Position numbers and translations under genes: made by a program
Part shown: piece by piece, positions 1 to 12,277 of the stretch
Layout: each line of letters opens with the position of its first letter
Numbering within the stretch: position 1 is the stretch's first letter
Assembly (NCBI GenBank): GCA_965224025.1
Contig: OZ245033.1
Location: 4,032,001 to 4,096,000 of the forward strand
Direction of reading: 5' to 3'
Length of the DNA: 64,000 nucleotides
Source: Candidatus Multivorans sp.
Lineage (GTDB): Bacteria; Acidobacteriota; Thermoanaerobaculia; Multivoradales; Multivoraceae
Notes under the pieces: model-generated
Told to the model about the DNA's origin: nothing
What the model saw: only the letters and a program-made list of their open reading frames with translations
Databases searched by the model: none

Positions 1-481
1 AGCCGTCGTTCGCGGTGTCGATGATCAATTCCCCGTAGATCGCCAGGCTCCGGTTGACCGTCTCCAGCCCGCCGACGTAGGTCGCGATGTCCTTCGGGAT
101 CGGACGTTTGTACTCCCACAGGAGATCGCCCGTCGCCGCATCGATCGCCTGGGTCACGCTGCTCGGATTCGGGTAGTACATGACGCCGTCGTAGACCAGC
201 GGCGTTCCCTGCTGGCTGCCCGGCTCCAGGCCGCGCGCCCAGGCCAGGGTCAGTTCGCCGACGTTCTCCCGGTCGATCTGCTCGAGCGGGCTGTAGGCCC
301 AGCCGTTCTGGGTACGGCGCCAGTGCAGCCAATCGGCGGGGTCGGGATCCTCCAGCATGGCGTCGGTCACCGGGACGAAGGCGCCCTCCGACTGGGCGGC
401 TGCCGCGGGCGCCACCAGGGACACGAGGGCCGTCGCCGCGGCAATCCGTAGGAAAAATCGAAGAAAACGCTCTCGACTCAT
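1..481 (-). CDS. PQQ-dependent dehydrogenase / PQQ beta-propeller protein, N-terminal part (runs off window)
   Basis: Own translation from ATG 481: signal peptide MSRERFLRFFLRIAAATALVSLVAPAAAA, then DWLHWRRTQNGWAYSPLEQIDRENVGELTLAW...GTPLVYDGVMY...AIDAATGDLLWEY, a typical quinoprotein N-terminus. Confidence 0.85.
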   Translation of the reverse strand, partial: MSRERFLRFFLRIAAATALVSLVAPAAAAQSEGAFVPVTDAMLEDPDPADWLHWRRTQNGWAYSPLEQIDRENVGELTLAWARGLEPGSQQGTPLVYDGVMYYPNPSSVTQAIDAATGDLLWEYKRPIPKDIATYVGGLETVNRSLAIYGELIIDTANDG

Positions 482-591
482 ACTCGGACTCCCCGGCCAG
501 GATCTCTTGCAGATAGCCAGCGGCGAGCGTAGCGCAGGAGAAACGGCTCACGCCGCCCGCAGCACTCGGCAGACGGCGCTATCCTCACCCG

Positions 592-1839
592 ATGGCAACG
601 ACGGACAACGGCCGGATCGTGATCACCGGCCTCGGCGCCGTGACACCGGTTGGCAACGATGTCGAGACCTTCTGGCGGCGGATGAAGGCCGGCGACTCGG
701 GCGCCGGGCCGATCAGCGCGTTCGACACCGATGCCTTCACGGTGAAGATCGCCTGCGAGGTGCATGACTTCGACCCCACCGAGTGGCTGGCCGGCAAGTC
801 TGCCCGACGCCTCGCGCGCTCGACCCACTTCGCGGTGGCATCGGCCAAGCAGGCACTCCTGGACGCCGATCTGAAGATCGACGCCGCCGCAACCCACCGC
901 TACGGGATCACGTTCAACACCGGCGGCGGCGGCGTGGCGAGCATGGAGGACGGCACGCGGCAACTGGTCGAGCGCGGGCCGCGCAAGGCGAACCCCTTCC
1001 TGATCACCGACGTGATGCCGAACGCCGTCTCGTGCCTGATCTCGATCGAGCTCGGCGTCACCGGCCCCACCACCACCTCGACCCTGGCGTGCGCGAGCGG
1101 CAACTACGCCCTGCTCGAGGCCTACAGACTGCTGCGCTCGGGCGAAGTCGACGCGGTGGTCGCCGGCGGCACGGAAGCCGCCATCACGCCGTTGATCGTC
1201 GCCACGTTCTCCCGCCTGCAGGCTCTCTCAACCCGGAACGACGACCCGCGGGCCGCGAGCCGTCCTTTCGACGCCGACCGCGACGGCTTCGTGTTCGGCG
1301 AGGGCGCCGCCGCGTTCGTGGTCGAGACCGAGCGGCACGCGGAGGAACGGGGCGCCCGCATCTACGCCGAGGTCAGAGGCGGCGCGGTCACCGCCGACGC
1401 GCACCACCTGACCGCGCCGCGCCCCGACGGCACAGGCGCGGCGGCGGCAATGACCCGAGCCCTCGAGTCGAGCGATACGGACCCCTGCGAGGTCGACGCG
1501 GTGTTCGCCCACGGCACGGCGACACCCCTGGGCGACGTCGCCGAGACGTTGGCGATCAAGGCGGCGCTCGGGGAGCGCGCTCGGGACGTCGCCGTGACCG
1601 CCACCAAGTCCCAGGTCGGCCACATGCTGGGCGCCGCGGGCGCCGTCTCGGCGCTGGCCGCGGTCAAGACGATCGAGGAGGGCACGATTTGCCCGACGAT
1701 CAACCTGGATCGGCCGGACCCGGACTGCGACCTCGACTACGTTCCGAACCGGGCCCGTGCCCACCCCACCGGCATCGCGCTCATCAACGCCTTCGGCTTC
1801 GGCGGCCAGAACGTCGTCATCGTTCTAGGCGAGGGCTGA
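592..1839 (+). CDS. fabF: 3-oxoacyl-ACP synthase II
   Basis: ITGLGAVTPVG, ACASG catalytic Cys, SRPFDADRDGFVFGEGA, AHGTAT, TKSQVGHMLGAAG, NAFGFGGQN motifs. Confidence 0.93.
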   Translation: MATTDNGRIVITGLGAVTPVGNDVETFWRRMKAGDSGAGPISAFDTDAFTVKIACEVHDFDPTEWLAGKSARRLARSTHFAVASAKQALLDADLKIDAAATHRYGITFNTGGGGVASMEDGTRQLVERGPRKANPFLITDVMPNAVSCLISIELGVTGPTTTSTLACASGNYALLEAYRLLRSGEVDAVVAGGTEAAITPLIVATFSRLQALSTRNDDPRAASRPFDADRDGFVFGEGAAAFVVETERHAEERGARIYAEVRGGAVTADAHHLTAPRPDGTGAAAAMTRALESSDTDPCEVDAVFAHGTATPLGDVAETLAIKAALGERARDVAVTATKSQVGHMLGAAGAVSALAAVKTIEEGTICPTINLDRPDPDCDLDYVPNRARAHPTGIALINAFGFGGQNVVIVLGEG

Positions 1840-1849
1840 GAAGTCCGAC

Positions 1850-2497
1850 CTACCTCCGGCCGAGCACCCTCTCCCGTACCGAAGCCAGCACACGCCGCAG
1901 CGCGCGGGGCGCTGTGTAGTCCACGATCCAGGCCGGGAGTCGGCCGCCAAGGTCGCTCAGCAGCCGGTAAACGACGACGGTCCGTTCGGGATTCAGCGGA
2001 ATCAGCGTCCAGGAGCCTTTGCTTTCCAAGACATTCCCGGAGCCCTCGACGTACGTCCAACGAGCCTGCCAACCCGGACCGGCGCTTGTCTCCACGGCCC
2101 CGGTCTCCACCCGAACCGTGTAGCGCCGATCCTCGACGGGGAACGGCATGTCCAGGATCTGCCGGTTCAGGTAGACGCCCGGCGAGATCGGCTCGACCTC
2201 GGACTCGAGGATCCGTGGCATGAACTCGTCGAAGTCCGCCGCCGCGTCGATGACACCCCGCACCGCCGCCAGAGGCGCTTCAATCAGGCCTAGGCCGCAA
2301 CCCTCGCGGATGCGGCCACCCGCGCCACGTCTCGACACACGCCACTTCCCAACTGCCGGCAGGTCCCACGCGAGGGGGCTGCCGCCGAGACGTTTCTTTG
2401 GCGCTGACCTGAGATCGACCTCACATGGGTCCATCGCCTTCGCTGGAGGGACGACCAGCGCCAGACAAACCACGAGCGCGCCGGCCGCTCTTTCCAT
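1850..2497 (-). CDS. Secreted SRPBCC/START-domain protein
   Basis: Signal-like N-terminus from MERAAGALVVCLAL; DFDEFMPRILES, PFPVEDRRY, GSWTL, DLGGRLPAWIV resemble START/polyketide-cyclase folds; start codon uncertain. Confidence 0.7.
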   Translation of the reverse strand: MERAAGALVVCLALVVPPAKAMDPCEVDLRSAPKKRLGGSPLAWDLPAVGKWRVSRRGAGGRIREGCGLGLIEAPLAAVRGVIDAAADFDEFMPRILESEVEPISPGVYLNRQILDMPFPVEDRRYTVRVETGAVETSAGPGWQARWTYVEGSGNVLESKGSWTLIPLNPERTVVVYRLLSDLGGRLPAWIVDYTAPRALRRVLASVRERVLGRR

Positions 2498-2685
2498 GCC
2501 GTCGGACTCTACTGCGGCCATGGGAGATCCCGGCTCGTTCGTCAGTTCTTCCTGAACCCCTGCCGATGGCCGACGCCTCGATCCTCGCAACCGCCTACTC
2601 CGAAGAGGCGGAGCTCTGGACCCAGGACGCGGACTCGAAGGCTTGCCGGACGTGCGCTACTTCCCGAGGTAAACCGCGACCGGTT

Positions 2686-4044
2686 TCACCCTCCCCTTCG
2701 CTCCGCCCGCAACCGCCCGAAGTAGTCGAACGCCGCTCGCTTCACCTTGGGGGCCAGCAGCAGCGTCGCGATCAGGTTCGGCACCGCCATCAACGCCAGC
2801 GCCGTGTCGATCAGGTTGATCACCATGCCGGCGCTCCACCAGGCGCCGACGAAGATGCCCCCGAGGTAGAACCAAGTGTAAAGGCCGTCCCGCTTCGCGC
2901 CGAACAGGTAGGCGAAGCAGCGCTTGCCGTAGTACGAGTAGCTGACCATCGTCGAGATCGCGAACATCATCACGATCAGCACCAGCAACGCGCGGCCCGG
3001 CGCGCCCAGGGTGCTCTGGACCGCGTCCGCGGTCAGCGAAACGCCGGTGATCTCGCCGACGGTCTCCAGGCCGCTCGACAGGATCACGAAGGCAGTCAGG
3101 CTGCAGACCACGATGGTGTCGATGAAGGGGCCCAGCATCGCGACCAGCCCCTCCCGGACCGGTTCGTTCGTCTTCGCGGCGCCGTGGGCGAGGGGCGCTG
3201 TGCCGAGCCCGGCCTCGTTCGAGAACGCGGCGCGCCGGACGCCGATCATCATGGCCTGCTGGAAGCCGATCCCCATGGCGCCGCCGGCCGCGGCGGCGCC
3301 GGTGAAGGCTTCGCGGAAGATGCGGCCGAACACCTCGACGGCAACGTCCGAGCGCACGAACAGGACGCAGAGCGCCATGCCCAGGTACAGCAGGCACATG
3401 ACCGGCACGAATCGTCCCGTCACCGCGCCGATCCGTTCGACGCCTCCGAAGGCCACCAGCGCCACCAGGGCGACGCAGCCCACGCCGGCCAGGCGCGGAT
3501 CGAGTCCGAACTGGGCGTCCAGGAGTTCCGCCACCTGGTTGCTCTGGAACATCGGCAGGCAGCCGAACAGGCCGAAGGTGCAGAACATGATCGCCAGCGG
3601 CCGGAACTTCTTTCCGAGACCGAGTTCGATCGTGTACATCGTCCCGCCGAGGAGCGCGCCCCGCTCGTCCCGGCCGCGGTAGATCTGGGACAACGTGCAG
3701 GAGAAGAACTTGGTGCCCATGCCGACGACAGCCGCCACCCACATCCAGAACACGGCACCCGCGCCGCCCTGAGTGACGGCGATCGCGACACCGCCGATGT
3801 TGCCGACGCCGATCGTCGCCGCCAGCGCCGTGGACAGCGCCTGGAAGTGGCTGATGTGCCCCGGATCGTCGTCGGAGTCGTACTTCCCGAGGGTTACCGC
3901 CGTGGCGTGCCCCATGTGGAAAAGGGGCCGAAGGCGCAGGTAGAGGCAGAAGAAGGCGCCCGAACCGATCAGCAGGACGACCAGGGGCATGCCCCAGGCG
4001 TACCCGACCGCGACCTCCAGGAAGCGGTCCAACGAGTCCAGCAT
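2686..4044 (-). CDS. Alanine/glycine:cation symporter (AGCS family)
   Basis: ISHFQALSTALAATIGVGNIGGVA, GAVFWMW, FSNEAGLGTAPLAH, GPFIDTIVVCSLT. Confidence 0.93.
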   Translation of the reverse strand: MLDSLDRFLEVAVGYAWGMPLVVLLIGSGAFFCLYLRLRPLFHMGHATAVTLGKYDSDDDPGHISHFQALSTALAATIGVGNIGGVAIAVTQGGAGAVFWMWVAAVVGMGTKFFSCTLSQIYRGRDERGALLGGTMYTIELGLGKKFRPLAIMFCTFGLFGCLPMFQSNQVAELLDAQFGLDPRLAGVGCVALVALVAFGGVERIGAVTGRFVPVMCLLYLGMALCVLFVRSDVAVEVFGRIFREAFTGAAAAGGAMGIGFQQAMMIGVRRAAFSNEAGLGTAPLAHGAAKTNEPVREGLVAMLGPFIDTIVVCSLTAFVILSSGLETVGEITGVSLTADAVQSTLGAPGRALLVLIVMMFAISTMVSYSYYGKRCFAYLFGAKRDGLYTWFYLGGIFVGAWWSAGMVINLIDTALALMAVPNLIATLLLAPKVKRAAFDYFGRLRAERRGG

Positions 4045-4095
4045 CTAGGGTTCCGTCTCCTACGCCGACTTACGAACCGGCGCATCGCACCGGCA

Positions 4096-4121
4096 GCGGG
4101 CAGGATGCCCGCGTTCCCAGG
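4096..4121 (+). repeat. REP-like palindromic 26-mer, copy 1 (GCGGGCAGGATGCCCGCGTTCCCAGG)
   Basis: Identical copy at 7675-7700; variants at 30630-30655 and 50433-50458 (reverse); all intergenic. Confidence 0.8.
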
Positions 4122-4181
4122 ATCCCGCGCGCCGGCAGCGCTTTCCGGCCGCCGCGCGCTCTCATTGGGTCACCGGCCCGA

Positions 4182-5714
4182 TCATTCGACCATCGGTTCG
4201 AGGCTCAACGGATCGCGCGCCGGCAGCATGGTGACCCCGCCGCCGATCTTCTCCGCAATCTCCGCCATCGTGGCGCGGCCATCGCTGTCGCCCGGTTCGA
4301 TCGCCTTCCAGTCGCCGACGATCAGCATGACGAGCTTGTCCGGCATCAGATGCCGCCCCGCCACCCGCTGCACATCCGCTGGTGCCACTGCCTCGATGTT
4401 CTGCCGGTAGTCCTGCCAGTAGCTGTGCGGACGGCCAAGGAACTCGTCCTGCGCGAAGATGGAGGCCACCGCCAGAGCAGACTCGAAGTTGCTCGGGAAG
4501 GTCTCGATGGCGGACGCCTTGACCGTCTGGAGTTCATCCTCAGGTACCGGTTCAGCGCGCATGCGGTCGACCTCCTCGAGCGCGATCTTGGCCGCGAAGG
4601 CCACCGTCTCGCTCTTCGACTGGAAGGCGATGCTGAGATTGCCGGGCCAGTAGTTGCCGATACCGAAGTTCGAGTACGCGCCGTAGGCGAGTCCCTCGTC
4701 CGAACGGATCCGTTTCATCAGCCGCGACGTGAAGCCGCCGCCGCCGAGGACGCCGTTCATCATCGAGAGCGCGAAGTGGTCGGGATCGTCCCAATCCTGG
4801 CGCTGGAAGGTCCGGTGGCCGATCTGCACCCGTCCCTGCGGGACGTCCTGCTGGGCGACGTAGACGCCCGCCGGGGGCTCGTGCTCCGCCCCTTGCGGCG
4901 GCCACGGCGCCTCTTGCCGTCCTTCGCCATCGAAGCGGTCAAGCAACGCCGACAGCTTGGCGGCGAGTTCGTCGCTGTCGAAGTCTCCGGCCGCCGCAAC
5001 GACCATGTGCCCCGGATGGACGTACCTGCGGTGGAAGGCGGCCAGGTTTCCCTGCTCGATCGCCGAAAGCGAGGCCTCGGTGACGAACCGTGACTCGACG
5101 TGGTCCCGTCCGTAGAGCAGCCACTGGCCTTCCCGGCCCGCTACATCGACCGGATCGTCGTTGCGCTGCTTGAGGTTCTCCAGCTCGTTCTGCTTCGCAA
5201 GATCGAGGCGCTCCACATCGAAACGGGGCTCGCTGAGCATGGAGAAGAACAGGTCGAGACACTCGTCGAGAACCGTGGACAGGCAGTTCATCGACATCCG
5301 GGCGCTCGTGCTCCCGACAAAGGACGAGAAGTTGCCGGCAACCGCTTCCACGGCCTCGTCGAAGGCCTTCGCTTCGAGTTCGCCGGCGCCGCCCGTTCGC
5401 ATCAGCGTGCCTGTGAGGTCGGCCAGCCCAGCCTGCTCCGCCGGCGCCAGGTAGGCGCCGATGCGGAGGCGCACCGTGATGTCGACCAGCGGCAGCGCGT
5501 GGTCTTCCACCAGGTAGGCGGGAACGTTGCCCGCAAGCTCGCGCCGGTAGGACTCGGCGTCGGGCAGATCGAAGTCGAGCGGACCGTAGGTCAGATCGGT
5601 CGGATGATCGACGATCTCGGCGCCGCTCTGCGCGCCGCCAGAGGCCGCCACGCCGAGGAACAGGGCCAGGAAGACCGGAACGCTCAAATGCCCAAGTTGC
5701 CCGCGACCGATCAT
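4182..5714 (-). CDS. M16 (pitrilysin-like) peptidase, non-catalytic subunit, secreted
   Basis: Start MIGRGQ overlaps upstream stop (ATGA); signal peptide; lacks HxxEH but has GGGFTSRLMKRIRSDEGLAY (R/Y pair). Confidence 0.88.
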   Translation of the reverse strand: MIGRGQLGHLSVPVFLALFLGVAASGGAQSGAEIVDHPTDLTYGPLDFDLPDAESYRRELAGNVPAYLVEDHALPLVDITVRLRIGAYLAPAEQAGLADLTGTLMRTGGAGELEAKAFDEAVEAVAGNFSSFVGSTSARMSMNCLSTVLDECLDLFFSMLSEPRFDVERLDLAKQNELENLKQRNDDPVDVAGREGQWLLYGRDHVESRFVTEASLSAIEQGNLAAFHRRYVHPGHMVVAAAGDFDSDELAAKLSALLDRFDGEGRQEAPWPPQGAEHEPPAGVYVAQQDVPQGRVQIGHRTFQRQDWDDPDHFALSMMNGVLGGGGFTSRLMKRIRSDEGLAYGAYSNFGIGNYWPGNLSIAFQSKSETVAFAAKIALEEVDRMRAEPVPEDELQTVKASAIETFPSNFESALAVASIFAQDEFLGRPHSYWQDYRQNIEAVAPADVQRVAGRHLMPDKLVMLIVGDWKAIEPGDSDGRATMAEIAEKIGGGVTMLPARDPLSLEPMVE

Positions 5715-7528
5715 GGTGCCCCCCCTTCGCCTTCCCGCAGTTCGGCTAGCCGTTCCTCGATCACGCCGCGCATCCAGTCGAGCGCCGGCCGCATCTCGTC
5801 CTCCACCTGGCCGATCTGGGCATCGATCTGCTGGAGAACCGAGTCCAATTGGGCCGGATCGTCGATCGCTTCGATCGCCTTCGCCTGGGAGATCAGGGCC
5901 GTCCGCATTTCCGGCGGCAGGGCCTCCAGTTCGGCGGGCGTCTCCTGCGCCTCGGTGCCCGCCTTGCGGTAGTAGAGGCTGACCAGCCGGTTGGACGGTT
6001 CGAAGTACTTCGCCGCCACCCGCTGCACGTCCTCGGCAGAGACCTGGTTCGTGCGCTCCGCCACCGTGTTCAGGTAGCGCCAGTCGCCCATCGCATCCAT
6101 GACCGCCAACTGGATCATCAGGAAGAACGGGTCCCGGAGTTGCCGGTAGGTGTCCGCCGAAACCCGGTTCTTGACCTTGGCGAGTTCGTCCTCCGGCACC
6201 GGCTCGGCGATCAGTTCCGCCACGACCTCGTCCCAGCCGGCGAGGAGTTGTTCGGGTGCGGCGTCGCCCTTCGTCTCGGACCGCAGGTTGAACACGCCGG
6301 CGTATTTTCTCGCCTCGTAGAAGGCGCCGGCGTTGGACGCGATCTCGGCGCCCTCGACCATTTCCTCGTACAGGCGACCGGTGCGGCCGTTGAGGACGCC
6401 CGCGATCACGTCGAGCGCGTACCCATCGGCATGTCCGAACGGCACCGCGTGGTACCGGAGCTGAAGCTGCGGCTGGCAGTCGCACTCGGCGGTGAGCCGT
6501 TTCTCGGCCAGTTGCTCGGCCTCGAGCGTGACGACATCCGGAATCTCGCGTTCGCTCCGCTCCAGGCGGCCGAAGTAGCGTTCGGCCAGTTCCCGGACCT
6601 CGGCCGGATCGAAGTTGCCGACCAGGATGCCGGTCAGATTGTTCGGGGCGTAGTAGGTGGCGAAGAACTCGTCGGCCTGGGCCTTGCTGATCACCTCCAG
6701 GTCGGACGGCCAGCCCACCACGGGCCAACTGTACGGGTGGGATTGCCAGAACATGGCGTCCGCCTGCTCGTCGTAGCGGCCCGTCGGCGTCGACTCGGTG
6801 CGCAGGCGCCTCTCCTCGTACACCACGTCGCGCTCGGAGTAGAACTCCCGGAACACCGGATTCAGCAGCCGGTCGGACTCGAGCCAGAACCAGAGTTCGA
6901 GCCTGTTCGCCGGCAACTGGTTGATGTAGACCGTGAAGTCCTCGCTGGTGAAGGCGTTCAGACTCGTGCCTCCGCCGTCGGTGTAGACCTTGTCCAGTTC
7001 GTCCTTGACCATGAGTTCCCGCTGCTCCTCCACGAGTTCCTGGAACTCCGCGCGCAGGGCGTTCAGGGTGTCGGTGCGGTGAGCCGGGTCGTAGGGGTCG
7101 TCGATCTGGCCCAGCCGGTAGCGGCGACGCTGCTCGCGGAGTTCGGCCCGGATCTGCTCCTGGACCGCCTCCTGTTCCGCGATGATCTCAAGGTCCCGCT
7201 CGATGTCCCTGGTCCCGATCGTGTGCGTGCCCTTGAACATCATGTGCTCGAAGAAGTGGGCGAGGCCGGTGATTCCCGGCCGCTCGTTCGCCGAACCGAC
7301 ATGGGCCGCCCAAGCGGCCGCCACCGTGGTCAACTCCGGGCGCCTCACGAGCAGGAAGCGCATGCCGTTGTCGAGTTCGAACTCCTCGACCGGCACGGCC
7401 GCCGCGGCCGGCGCGTCCTGAGCCGCCACGCCGCCGGGCCAGGCGAGCGGGAGTGCGAGTGCAAGCGCCGCAAGCAGAGCCACGCGGGCAGCCGCGGATC
7501 CGCCGCCGTTGTCTGGAAGCCTGGTCAC
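5711..7528 (-). CDS. M16 (pitrilysin-like) zinc peptidase, catalytic subunit, secreted
   Basis: GTG start with AGGAGG RBS; signal peptide; GSANE..GLAHFFEHMMFKGT (HxxEH), LNAFTS, ERDVVYEERR. Confidence 0.92.
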   Translation of the reverse strand: MTRLPDNGGGSAAARVALLAALALALPLAWPGGVAAQDAPAAAAVPVEEFELDNGMRFLLVRRPELTTVAAAWAAHVGSANERPGITGLAHFFEHMMFKGTHTIGTRDIERDLEIIAEQEAVQEQIRAELREQRRRYRLGQIDDPYDPAHRTDTLNALRAEFQELVEEQRELMVKDELDKVYTDGGGTSLNAFTSEDFTVYINQLPANRLELWFWLESDRLLNPVFREFYSERDVVYEERRLRTESTPTGRYDEQADAMFWQSHPYSWPVVGWPSDLEVISKAQADEFFATYYAPNNLTGILVGNFDPAEVRELAERYFGRLERSEREIPDVVTLEAEQLAEKRLTAECDCQPQLQLRYHAVPFGHADGYALDVIAGVLNGRTGRLYEEMVEGAEIASNAGAFYEARKYAGVFNLRSETKGDAAPEQLLAGWDEVVAELIAEPVPEDELAKVKNRVSADTYRQLRDPFFLMIQLAVMDAMGDWRYLNTVAERTNQVSAEDVQRVAAKYFEPSNRLVSLYYRKAGTEAQETPAELEALPPEMRTALISQAKAIEAIDDPAQLDSVLQQIDAQIGQVEDEMRPALDWMRGVIEERLAELREGEGGAP

Positions 7529-7674
7529 AAACGGTCCCCTCCTTTTCGGGTTTCCCTCCCCGCACCGCGCGAGGATATCCACCGGGGGCAAGGCGACTCT
7601 ACCGCCTCGACCGGAGCGCCGCCGCACAACGGCAACGTCCAGGATCATTCCAGAGTCCGACGCTCGCGGCGGAT

Positions 7675-7700
7675 GCGGGCAGGATGCCCGCGTTCCCAGG
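7675..7700 (+). repeat. REP-like palindromic 26-mer, copy 2
   Basis: Identical to 4096-4121. Confidence 0.8.
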
Positions 7701-7773
7701 CTCGGAAAGCCGGTTCGACAGTCCGTTCCCGGGCTCGGAGAACCGGTTCGGCGCCGATCAACGTCGCGGACGC

Positions 7774-7803
7774 TTGACACATGCTCCGCGGCGCTACTAC
7801 CAT
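7774..7803 (+). promoter_or_regulatory. sigma70-type promoter of groESL
   Basis: TTGACA (7774-7779), 18-bp spacer, TACCAT (7798-7803). Confidence 0.75.
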
Positions 7804-7829
7804 TAGCACTCACACGGGGCGACTGCTGA
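7803..7829 (+). promoter_or_regulatory. CIRCE element (HrcA operator)
   Basis: TTAGCACTC-N9-GACTGCTGA versus consensus TTAGCACTC-N9-GAGTGCTAA, abutting the -10 box upstream of groES. Confidence 0.9.
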
Positions 7830-7930
7830 CAGCGACCGCCGGAAACGCCGGTTTCCGCAGCCTCGCACAGCGACTTGCCCAACCGCAACGAACGCATCCC
7901 ACCGACACCAATCCAAGGAGGAGTTTGCTG

Positions 7931-8218
7931 GTGAGTGTACGTCCGCTTCATGACCGGGTTCTCGTCAAGAGGCTCGAGGAGGAGGAGCAGGTCCGGGGAG
8001 GCATCATCATCCCTGACGCTGCGAAGGAGAAGCCGCAGGAGGCCGAGGTCGTCGCCGTCGGTCCCGGCAAGATGCAGGAGAACGGCGAGCGTTCCGCGCT
8101 CGACGTCAGCGTCGGCGACCGCGTACTGATCGGAAAGTACTCGGGCAGCGACATCAAGATCGACGACGAAGACATGGTCATCCTCCGCGAGGACGAGATC
8201 CTCGCGGTCGTGGAATAG
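7931..8218 (+). CDS. groES: Co-chaperonin GroES
   Basis: GTG start after AGGAGG; [31 protein letters not shown]. Confidence 0.97.
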   Translation: MSVRPLHDRVLVKRLEEEEQVRGGIIIPDAAKEKPQEAEVVAVGPGKMQENGERSALDVSVGDRVLIGKYSGSDIKIDDEDMVILREDEILAVVE

Positions 8219-9886
<1,668 letters not shown>

Positions 9887-9927
9887 GCGAAGACGACCTC
9901 CAGGTCGACAGCCTGCGGAACGAATCG

Positions 9928-9955
9928 GGGCGGCCTTTCGGGGCCGCCCTTCTTC
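9928..9955 (+). terminator. Intrinsic terminator after groEL
   Basis: GGGCGGCC-tttcgg-GGCCGCCC followed by TTCTTC. Confidence 0.75.
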
Positions 9956-10779
9956 GTCCGGGAACTCGCGCCGCGATCGAGCGCTACGGCTTCGCGTTTC
10001 GCGGAGTGGCCGGCGCTGCGTCAATCTTCCGCAGAGCACTCTTCTATGTTGAAGAAAACAGCCCAAGCGAGAACCGAGCGCCCATCGTCGAAGTGCGCGG
10101 GCGCTGAGTATTTGAACGTATTTCCGTGCTCGTCGTCGTGCGCGAGCTCGTCGGTGTAGTCCAGTTCCACCTCGGCCAGTCCGACCGAAGCCAACGAGAC
10201 CAGTTCGCCTGTGTCGGTCCTTCCATCTCTGTCCGCATCCAACCACAGCCTCAAGGACCCGTAGATCTCGTCGCTCGCGTTGAGTCTGCCGTCATCGTTG
10301 CCGCCGTTCAACGGGTCGTCGAACATCCTCAGCGCCTGGAAGCCGTTTGGGGTGCGGCTCGGCTGTTGGGGTGAGACGTGACTGAACAGCTCTCGTCCGT
10401 CGTCAATCAGCCCGTTGCCGTTCCGGTCCAGGACGAGAAACGCATCGTCCTTGCCCGCAGTCCACGGTATCTGCTCGGTCTTGCCGTCACCGTTCAGATC
10501 AAACCCGACTCCGCCCTTGGTGCCGGTCAACTCGTAGTGGCTATCCTCGGTCGAGATGATCAAGGGGTCCTCCAGGCACTCCCAGAAGTCGATGTCGCAA
10601 TTGAGACAGAACGACCTCCTGATCCAGTAGGTCTGAGTACAGTTGAAAGCAATGGGAGGCACGAACAGGTAACCCCACCCATCTGCCCCCTTGTTCGAAA
10701 CGTGTCACCGAACGTAATCAGTTGATTAGCTGGCACGTATGGACAACCTTGCCAAACGGGAGGAAGATAGGGGATTTCT

Positions 10780-12277
10780 GCCTCTTTCGAGTTGCGAGTG
10801 GGTAGGGCGCGGGCGAGTGCAGATGCTGAGGGGGTCTTGGGATAGCGGCCTCCGCCGCCGTAGCCGCCGCCGTCGGGCTGTGGAATCTGCGGAAGACCGG
10901 TAGCGGCGAGGGCGCAAGCTGTCCGGTGGGGAGGGCGTTCGCGGCGATTTCGGGTGGCGGCTGTAGTCGCGGGCGATCGGAATGAGCAAGACTCGTCTCT
11001 CCTGTTCCGACTGAAGGAGGACGAGAGATGCAGAGGGAATTGTTCGCGAGAGCGCTGGGCGTGTCGGCGCCGTGGTTCGTTGACGGCGTGGACTTCTGTG
11101 AGAGGGAGCGTCGGTTGACGATACGGATCGACTTCAGGAAGGGCAGCCGATTCGCCCACGAGGGGGACGGCGGTTCTCATCCGGTGCACGACACGCAGAT
11201 CAAGCGCTATCGGCACCTCAACTTCTTCCAGCACGAGTGCCTGCTCGAGGCGCGAGTGCCCCGTGTGCGACTCCCCGACCAGCGGGTGGCGTTGGTGACT
11301 CCGCCCTGGTCGGGCAGATTGTCCGGCTTCACGCTGCTGTTCGAAGCCTTGATTCTGGCCATGTGCCGAGACATGACCTTCGCTGCGGTGGCCCGGTTGA
11401 CCGGGGTGTCGTGGCATCGGGTGCACGCGATCTGCAAGCGCTACGTCGAGCTGGCGGTCGACCGGGACGACCTCTCCGAACTGCGCCACGTGGCCATTGA
11501 CGAGACTTCCCGCGCCAAGGGGCACGACTACGTGACCGCGGTCGCCGACAGCGAGCGCCGGCGCGTGGTGTTCCTCGCCGAGGGACGCAAGTCCGGCACG
11601 ATCGAGGAGTTCGCCGACGATCTGCAAAGGCGCGGCGGCGATCCCGCCGCGATCAGCCGGGCGTCCATCGACATGTCGGCCGCCTTCCTCAAGGGCGTCG
11701 CCGAGAATCTCCCCAACGCCGAGGTGACCCTCGACAAGTTCCACGTCATGGCCCTGGCCTCGAAGGCGGTGGACGAGACCCGGCGCCTCGAACAGCGCCT
11801 CGATCCGTCGCTGAAGGGCCTGCGCTGGACGCTGCTCAAGAACCGCGACTCCCTGACGCCGGCCCAACGGGCCGACCTCGACCGCTTCGTCAAGAGGGTC
11901 GCCAGCCGACGCACCGCACGCGCCTGGCTCTATCGGGAGCAACTCCGCGAAATTCTCAACCGCAAGCAGATCAACGTCGTGCTGCGAATGCTCCATCAGT
12001 GGTGCACCAACGTGAACCGCTCCAAGGTCGAACCCATGAAGGCCGTCGCCCGCACCATCCGAAAGCACCTGCAAGCGATCGCTGCCTGGGCGCGAACCCG
12101 GCAGACCAACGGCTTCCTCGAAGCCCTCAACGGACTCTTCCAGTCCGCCAAACGCAAGGCCAGAGGCTACAAGCGATTCGACACCATACGCATCGCCTTC
12201 TTCCTCATCGCCGGCAAACTCGACTTCCACACGCTCAACCCGCACACCGCTTGACCCACTCGCAATTCAAAAGAGCC
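10780..12277 (+). mobile_element. ISL3-family insertion sequence (1498 bp)
   Basis: 24-bp imperfect terminal IRs (10780-10803 / 12254-12277, 21/24 match); 8-bp direct repeat GGATTTCT at 10772-10779 and 12278-12285. Confidence 0.95.
11028..12254 (+). CDS. ISL3-family transposase
   Basis: YRHLNFFQHEC, VAIDETS, SIDMSAAF, LDKFHV, TNGFLEALNGLFQSAKRKARGY. Confidence 0.95.
   Translation: MQRELFARALGVSAPWFVDGVDFCERERRLTIRIDFRKGSRFAHEGDGGSHPVHDTQIKRYRHLNFFQHECLLEARVPRVRLPDQRVALVTPPWSGRLSGFTLLFEALILAMCRDMTFAAVARLTGVSWHRVHAICKRYVELAVDRDDLSELRHVAIDETSRAKGHDYVTAVADSERRRVVFLAEGRKSGTIEEFADDLQRRGGDPAAISRASIDMSAAFLKGVAENLPNAEVTLDKFHVMALASKAVDETRRLEQRLDPSLKGLRWTLLKNRDSLTPAQRADLDRFVKRVASRRTARAWLYREQLREILNRKQINVVLRMLHQWCTNVNRSKVEPMKAVARTIRKHLQAIAAWARTRQTNGFLEALNGLFQSAKRKARGYKRFDTIRIAFFLIAGKLDFHTLNPHTA

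Noticed and set aside
592-2497. fabF plus SRPBCC as a type II PKS cluster
   Set aside because: Genes are convergent, with no chain-length factor or ACP; the SRPBCC protein appears secreted
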